64,000 bases of DNA from the NCBI GenBank assembly GCA_041499035.1, contig JBGQJK010000001.1:12314-76313 (forward strand), given 5' to 3'. The translations under genes were made by a program, and so were the position numbers. The notes beneath the pieces are model-generated. The model was not told the origin of the DNA, searched no databases, and worked only from the letters and a program-made list of their open reading frames with translations. Below are positions 58,652-64,000 of the stretch, piece after piece. How positions within the stretch are numbered: the stretch's first letter is position 1; each line of letters begins with the position of its first letter. The DNA is from Patescibacteria group bacterium (GTDB taxonomy: Bacteria; Patescibacteriota; Microgenomatia; UBA8517).

Positions 58652-58723
58652 GCCTGGGTAGCTCAGTGGCAGAGCACGTACTTGGTAAGTACGGGGTCGT
58701 GAGTTCAATCCTCACCTCAGGCT
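58652..58723 (+). tRNA. tRNA-Thr(GGT)
   Basis: Anticodon arm CGTAC-TTGGTAA-GTACG; cloverleaf. Confidence 0.93.
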
Positions 58724-58747
58724 CAAATATATACCGATCAAATATTA

Positions 58748-58819
58748 GCCGATGTAGCTCAGCGGTAGAGCACCTGTTTTGTAAACAGGGGGTCGATGGT
58801 CCGAATCCATTCGTCGGCT
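58748..58819 (+). tRNA. tRNA-Thr(TGT)
   Basis: Anticodon arm CCTGT-TTTGTAA-ACAGG; T-loop TCCGAAT. Confidence 0.88.
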
Positions 58820-58823
58820 CAGC

Positions 58824-58908
58824 GCTGAGGTGGCGGAGTGGACAAACGCACGAGACTGTAAATCTCGCGGCCGAAAGGCCTACATAGGTTCGAATCCTGT
58901 CCTCAGCA
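58824..58908 (+). tRNA. tRNA-Tyr(GTA)
   Basis: Anticodon arm CGAGA-CTGTAAA-TCTCG; variable arm GGCCGAAAGGCC. Confidence 0.95.
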
Positions 58909-58972
58909 CTCACATACGTTCGTGCTTTGGCCAGTTTTCGATAGTGCAGATTGAGGATTTACTTTTTGCACA

Positions 58973-58988
58973 CGAATCCTGTCCTCAG
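58973..58988 (+). repeat. 16-bp direct repeat of the tRNA-Tyr 3' end (att-like)
   Basis: CGAATCCTGTCCTCAG identical to 58891-58906. Confidence 0.85.
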
Positions 58989-59037
58989 AACTCGTCGAAA
59001 CTTGTTTCGCTTTTTGCAAAGCAAGAGAAGATTTATT

Positions 59038-59616
59038 ATGTTCAAGATCTTAACGATTGCCTTAATGGCCTATGCTTTGATTCATACATTTATAACAATG
59101 TATGCAGTGGTACATTTCAAAAAATATAATCCGGAAAGGCTGTCTATAAGCAGGCTCGGAACCAGACGGTCTCCAAAGTACAAATTGTTTAATGCTTCGG
59201 GCTTCATTTTAGGACTATTGATAATACTTTTTGGACTGCAGTTGGGTTCCGATATGTCGTTATACCCAATGATTCTAGTAACGATAACCGGTACGTTTTT
59301 GGCGCTTTCTGCCTTATTTCCGTTTGATAGATTTCCCGAAATACACGATTGGGTTGGAAGGTTTCTGGTTATTTCCTCCTTAATTCTTTCGGCGTTTTTG
59401 ATCATTCGTGTTTTGTCGCCCAACCGATTTTCCGATTTTTTAATATTGGGGATGTCAGGAATTCCGATACTCGCAGTAACGTCTTTATTTAGACCACAAA
59501 ATAAATCAGGAAAAGAAAGCTATCCCAAACATACATGGTTTTGGGAGTGGGGAGTTTTTACATTCGAAATGCTGTTTATTGTTACTACCTGTTTTTCAAT
59601 AATAATTAGGGGATAA
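59038..59616 (+). CDS. DUF998-like membrane protein
   Basis: YNP..SISRLG..S..LFN; FP..IH; several TM helices. Confidence 0.65.
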   Translation: MFKILTIALMAYALIHTFITMYAVVHFKKYNPERLSISRLGTRRSPKYKLFNASGFILGLLIILFGLQLGSDMSLYPMILVTITGTFLALSALFPFDRFPEIHDWVGRFLVISSLILSAFLIIRVLSPNRFSDFLILGMSGIPILAVTSLFRPQNKSGKESYPKHTWFWEWGVFTFEMLFIVTTCFSIIIRG

Positions 59617-59617
59617 A

Positions 59618-59770
59618 GTCGACCCCGTCATCAAGGGGCCGGTACTCTTCCTGGAAATCTCCAGGTGGGTAGGCTGCCATCTATCAATTACTCTCAAGAC
59701 GGACTCCGCCTTCCCGGTTTATAAAATAGTCAGAAAGTTTAAACCGGACTACCTTTTTAACAGGGTCAAC
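59618..59770 (-). ncRNA. 153-nt structured RNA; candidate minimal RNase P RNA
   Basis: 13-bp terminal helix; AGUCCG, CUUGAG, AUAGAUGGCAGCC and AGAGUACCGGC motifs in RNase P order; own TGGTATAAT promoter. Confidence 0.6.
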
Positions 59771-59793
59771 ATATTATACCATTCGAAGCAAGC

Positions 59794-60432
59794 TTAAATT
59801 AGCCCAAATCCAGGGATTAATAAGTTCAAAACGAAGCTGATTACCGGGTACAAAAAGTAAGAAATAAGGGAGACCCCACCAAATACAGGGAAGATTATAA
59901 AAAAGAGTAAAATTAGTCCAAATCGGTTCATAAAAACATCAAACTCCCGAGCTTCTTTGTTAGGCAAAATACCGATGAGTATCTTTCCGCCATCCAGAGG
60001 GTGGATCGGGATTAAATTAAATACCGCAAGGGCCACATTGAACTGAACAATCTGCATAATGAGGCCGGAAATGATTTGGTTAGGGATAAACCGGTAAATT
60101 ACGGCCAAAACTGTTGCGATGATCATATTGCTCAAAGGTCCCGCCAAAGAAATAAGTGCAGAATCTTTCTTGGGATCTTTAAGGTTATAAGGGTCAAAGG
60201 GAACCGGTTTTGCCCAGCCGAACAAAAACGGGGAATGGGCGAGGATTAGAAATATAGGCAGAAGTATCGTGCCATAGAGGTCAATATGCGGGATAGGGTT
60301 AAGGGTAAGCCTGCCCAGCAGCTTTGCCGTAGGATCGCCAAGCCTGTTAGCCATCCAGCCATGGGCGACTTCATGAATAATAATAGTGAGCGCAAAGCCG
60401 GCAATTCCCAGAATAAGGATTAGTGTTTCCAT
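59794..60432 (-). CDS. Site-2 protease (M50) family
   Basis: HEVAHG, GDPT, AGPLSN, FNLIPIHPLDGG. Confidence 0.95.
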   Translation of the reverse strand: METLILILGIAGFALTIIIHEVAHGWMANRLGDPTAKLLGRLTLNPIPHIDLYGTILLPIFLILAHSPFLFGWAKPVPFDPYNLKDPKKDSALISLAGPLSNMIIATVLAVIYRFIPNQIISGLIMQIVQFNVALAVFNLIPIHPLDGGKILIGILPNKEAREFDVFMNRFGLILLFFIIFPVFGGVSLISYFLYPVISFVLNLLIPGFGLI

Positions 60433-60480
60433 TGCGGTTAAAAGCGATTAATAGTATAATCTACCACAGCTAAAAATTAT

Positions 60481-60735
60481 ATGGCATACATTTGCGACAA
60501 CTGCGGAAAAAGCTTAGTTTACGGGCGTCAGAGCTCACATCACAGGGGTGTGGCCGGAAAACGCTGGAAAAAGCGTGCCCAAGTTACGCTTAGAACATTC
60601 AAACCGAATTTGCAAAAGATTTCGGTTTTGGTTGGTGGGGTAAAAACCCAGATGCGGCTTTGTACGGACTGCATCAGCAGGTTTAAGAAAGAGGGGAAAA
60701 TTGGGGGTAGGCACTTACAAACTGCTTCGCTGTAA
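60481..60735 (+). CDS. rpmB: 50S ribosomal protein L28
   Basis: CDNCGK..G..SH..R.FKPNLQ..LCTDCI. Confidence 0.9.
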   Translation: MAYICDNCGKSLVYGRQSSHHRGVAGKRWKKRAQVTLRTFKPNLQKISVLVGGVKTQMRLCTDCISRFKKEGKIGGRHLQTASL

Positions 60736-61564
60736 CCGGTAATTTTCCTTCGAGCTGAACTTCATCCAGAATCAATTTTCCGGCTTCATCCAGATGGCTC
60801 TTCAAGAGTTTTAGCCTTTTGGCTTGCCCTTCCGAAGCTCCGGGGAAATGGAGGAGGGTCCAGGCGCCCGGCCATGGGTGCATGGCTCTTATAAATCTTT
60901 CGGCTTCAACTCCCGATTTCTCCTTGAGATCAATAAACCCGTCTTGCTTTGTCACAAGCTTGGTGTAAGTTGCCGCTTCCTCGTCCTGTTTTTTCAACTT
61001 TATCTTACCCTGGATATAAGGCATAATGGTCTCGACCAAAACTTCGGCGCTTTTTTCAAAAAGCCTGTTTCTTAGGACATCCGAGGTGTCACTGGCAAGA
61101 ACATCTTCTTTAAATTGGGAAACAATTGGGCCATGGTCCAATTTCTCATCCATCCTGAGGATTGTTACGCCTGTTATTTCATCACCATTTTTGATAGCCT
61201 CGGGAACGGGCGAGGCGCCGCGATAAGTCGGCAGCAAGGAAGGGTGAACGACTAGTATGCCTTGGGGAAAAAGGTCAATAACATCCTTTTTGATAATCTC
61301 CCCGTAGGATGCCAAGATTCCAATCTCAACATCCGGCTTTGCTTTGAGGAGGTCCGCGGACGAGTAAAAAGTAGAGATCTTGTGCTCATGGGCCCATCTA
61401 TCAATCGGGGAATAGGACAGATATTGCTTTCTTCCAATCGGTTTTGGGGATTGAGTAACAACAGCGACAATAGGGGATTTGCCCGGTCCTGTCACAAATT
61501 CTTTATGCAGCCTCGTAAGGATCGGCAGAACATATTCCGGCGTGCCAAAAAATACAATTTTCAT
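60683..61564 (-). CDS. fmt: Methionyl-tRNA formyltransferase
   Basis: MKIVFFGTP, HPSLLP.YRGASP, LDHGPI, IRA..PWPG. Confidence 0.95.
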   Translation of the reverse strand: MKIVFFGTPEYVLPILTRLHKEFVTGPGKSPIVAVVTQSPKPIGRKQYLSYSPIDRWAHEHKISTFYSSADLLKAKPDVEIGILASYGEIIKKDVIDLFPQGILVVHPSLLPTYRGASPVPEAIKNGDEITGVTILRMDEKLDHGPIVSQFKEDVLASDTSDVLRNRLFEKSAEVLVETIMPYIQGKIKLKKQDEEAATYTKLVTKQDGFIDLKEKSGVEAERFIRAMHPWPGAWTLLHFPGASEGQAKRLKLLKSHLDEAGKLILDEVQLEGKLPVTAKQFVSAYPQFSPLS

Positions 61565-62098
61565 CTAGATGAGTTCAACCTCCTCCCATTCGTCGTTTTC
61601 AACTTTGTATAGCGGTTTTTTCTCCTTTAGCAGATGGTCAATAAATAAAATGCCGTTAAGATGATCCAGCTCGTGGAGTATTATTTGGGCATCAAAACCT
61701 TTAAATTTTTCAACAACTTCCTTGCCTTGCTCGTTAAGGTATTCGAGTTTTACCGCCTTTGCGCGCTTGAGGGGACCATAGTAGTAGGGAAGCGACAGGC
61801 AGCCTTCCAGAATCTCGCGTTTTGACTTTTTCTCTTTTTCGGCTTTTGTCATCTCGGTGAGATCGAGGATTTTTGGATTTATGACCACTTTATTAAAGTT
61901 TTTATAGTTGCAAACAAAGACTTGGAGATTTTTTCCAACCTGAGGAGCAGCCAGACCTACCCCCTGTGGGTCTTTTTGAATGGCAAGAGTATCTTTTAGG
62001 TCGCGGATAAGACCTTGGACCTTCTTGTCCACACTTGATACTGGTTTTGACTTAGCCCTGAGTACGGGATCGCCGGACTGTAAAATTTTTCTGACCAT
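61565..62098 (-). CDS. def: Peptide deformylase
   Basis: GVGLAAPQVG, EGCLS, HELDHLNG. Confidence 0.97.
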   Translation of the reverse strand: MVRKILQSGDPVLRAKSKPVSSVDKKVQGLIRDLKDTLAIQKDPQGVGLAAPQVGKNLQVFVCNYKNFNKVVINPKILDLTEMTKAEKEKKSKREILEGCLSLPYYYGPLKRAKAVKLEYLNEQGKEVVEKFKGFDAQIILHELDHLNGILFIDHLLKEKKPLYKVENDEWEEVELI

Positions 62099-62188
62099 AC
62101 CCGGATTATACCAGAAACTCGGGCTATAAAGCACTTTATATAATCTAGCGAAGCTCTCAAAACGAGGTAACGAGTTTTGAAACAGATT

Positions 62189-64000
62189 CTATTTGATGTT
62201 TGCCAGAGCTTCCTTAGCGGTAGCGTCGTTGGGATCAATATTAATCAGAACGTACATTAATTGTTTTTTGGCTTCGTCATTTTGCCCGGCATGTACCAGA
62301 AGAGCTGCGTATTCAATTCTTGCGGCGCCGTAGTTCGGTTTCAGCCCGATTGCTTTTTGGAAGTCGGCAAGTGAACCCTCATATGACCCCAAATTTGCAT
62401 CGGCAATCCCGAGGTTATAATAAAGTTTAGCGTCGGTCGGGGCCAGCTTTATTGCAGCAATTTCCACGTCCCTTGCGGTAGCAAGATATTTTTCATCGAT
62501 CGTGGAGAGCCTTACATATGTCCCAAATGCGGTACGCCTTAAATTGATGTTTGAAGGGGAGATGTCGACAGCTTTTTGTATTTCGGTTATGGCGAGGTTT
62601 GTAAGGGTAGCGGCGGTGGTTGCGTCTTTGATTTGGTCGTAGGCAATCGCTGCTGCGCTATAAGAGTTTGCGATTTCTGCGTGATAAAGCGCCTGCCAGG
62701 GCTCAAGTTGTATTGCTTGTGATAATACAGGGATGGCAAGATCGGGGCGTGGGATTGCGTTAAGACCTTTACCTCTGGCGTATAAGGTATCGGCGTACCA
62801 GTAATTTGCGATAAAGTACAAGAGCATAAGAGCGAGAGAGCATGAGATTGCGATTCCCGTTTTCTGCAGACCGTCAAGTTTCAACTTATAGTCTTTCACC
62901 TTTTCATTCTCTTGTCCCAGAGCGGTAGCCAGTGCCGGGAATAAAAAGAATTCGAGCTGGGTTGGCACCACGGAAAAACCGAAAAAATTAGTTGCAGATA
63001 AACTTATAAAACCAGATAGAAGCGCGAAGTTTAAAACACGATCTCCGTTCTTCTTAAAAATAAGATAAACCGAAAACCCGATGACGGTTATGTACGAAAG
63101 GAGCCCCACCGTACCAGTGTTTGCCGCGAAATTCAAAAACTCGTTATGAGCTTTGTTGTAAATAAAATCCCATTCGGAGGTAATATTATGGGCTACAGGG
63201 CGGTACGAATAATAAGAATAGGCAAAAGTTTCGACTCCGGTTCCAAAAATCGGGTAATGCTGCCAGATCTGTATCGCTCCGCTCCAAACGATTTTCCTAA
63301 TGACCCCCGACTCGGTCCCACCCGTCTCAAGCGCTGTATCAGCGGGAGCGGCTGTTAACTGTTGACTCTTAACTGTCGACTTTTGTTTGAGCATACTGCC
63401 CAAACTCGGTGTCCACTGCGTGCCGCTTATCAAACAAATGGCCACGAAAGTTGATCCAACAATCAAAAGATGGGGGAATACAGCGGGCAGTTTCTTGATA
63501 TTTTGCCAGGCCACTAGTCCCCAAAAAAAGATTGTGCCGACACCAAAGCCCAGGAAGTCCGAACGAGACTTTGTATATATTAAAGTCCAAAAGAAAAGAA
63601 TCGAGAGACCGAAATACAACCAAAAATTCAGCGTTTTAACTTTTGATCTTAAGGCAAAAGCCCAGGCAATCGGAATTAAAGCCACTACCCATGCTCCAAG
63701 CCAGTTGGGTTGCCCGAGAGAGGAAAAAACGCGAGACTGCACATCCTGAACCCAAATGTTTTTGTCAATTCCAAAATGTTCCAAAACTCCGTAAGTTGAT
63801 ACCAAAAATGCTGAGGCGAACCAGACTTTTATAAGTTTTAGCGTTTCTTTTACATCAAAATTACTAACGAACGCCCAATAGAGCAGTAAATAGCAAATCG
63901 TGGAAAGAAGTCCGCCGTTAAATCTTGAATAATAGCCGAATATTGAAGTGTAAAAGTCAATTGAAAGGAAAGTGGAAATAAGTTGGGACCCCAAAAAAAC
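62189..64000 (-). CDS. O-antigen ligase family protein with C-terminal TPRs (5' end outside window)
   Basis: SSLGQPNW, TKSR, R..VW, GTGVETF, KAHNE; TPR helices. Confidence 0.88.
   Translation of the reverse strand, partial: VFLGSQLISTFLSIDFYTSIFGYYSRFNGGLLSTICYLLLYWAFVSNFDVKETLKLIKVWFASAFLVSTYGVLEHFGIDKNIWVQDVQSRVFSSLGQPNWLGAWVVALIPIAWAFALRSKVKTLNFWLYFGLSILFFWTLIYTKSRSDFLGFGVGTIFFWGLVAWQNIKKLPAVFPHLLIVGSTFVAICLISGTQWTPSLGSMLKQKSTVKSQQLTAAPADTALETGGTESGVIRKIVWSGAIQIWQHYPIFGTGVETFAYSYYSYRPVAHNITSEWDFIYNKAHNEFLNFAANTGTVGLLSYITVIGFSVYLIFKKNGDRVLNFALLSGFISLSATNFFGFSVVPTQLEFFLFPALATALGQENEKVKDYKLKLDGLQKTGIAISCSLALMLLYFIANYWYADTLYARGKGLNAIPRPDLAIPVLSQAIQLEPWQALYHAEIANSYSAAAIAYDQIKDATTAATLTNLAITEIQKAVDISPSNINLRRTAFGTYVRLSTIDEKYLATARDVEIAAIKLAPTDAKLYYNLGIADANLGSYEGSLADFQKAIGLKPNYGAARIEYAALLVHAGQNDEAKKQLMYVLINIDPNDATAKEALANIK

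Noticed and set aside
58566-59129. ORFs overlapping the Thr-Thr-Tyr tRNA cluster
   Set aside because: Spurious translations of tRNA genes
60683-60735. Convergent 3' overlaps fmt/rpmB and rnhB/rpsU
   Set aside because: Ordinary for compact genomes; no further signal

Overview
Bacterial chromosomal window using genetic code 11. Gene content, near-absence of Shine-Dalgarno motifs, many -10 boxes just upstream of start codons and divergent housekeeping genes suggest a CPR/Patescibacteria (Microgenomates-like) genome; this is an inference. Core genes: gpmI, an F1-type ATPase cluster lacking atpB/atpE, mreB, uppS, rplK-rplA, rplJ-rplL, nusG/secE, rnhB, rpsU, rpmG, rpmB, def/fmt, gmd and six intact tRNAs. 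Highlights: (1) a 12.7-kb tandem array of eight exported proteins, all ending in dockerin domains of two sequence classes, with a cohesin-dockerin protein at its end and a membrane-anchored cohesin plus another dockerin protein at 47-48.8 kb, i.e. a cellulosome-like display system; (2) a 153-nt structured RNA carrying RNase P catalytic-core motifs but no specificity domain; (3) a synonymously recoded duplicate of the last 9 codons plus stop of uppS; (4) a GIY-YIG gene between a palindrome-disrupted tRNA-Trp and an intact tRNA-Trp; (5) several small repeat families, some translated in-frame inside genes. All calls are by eye from motifs; no database searches were run.
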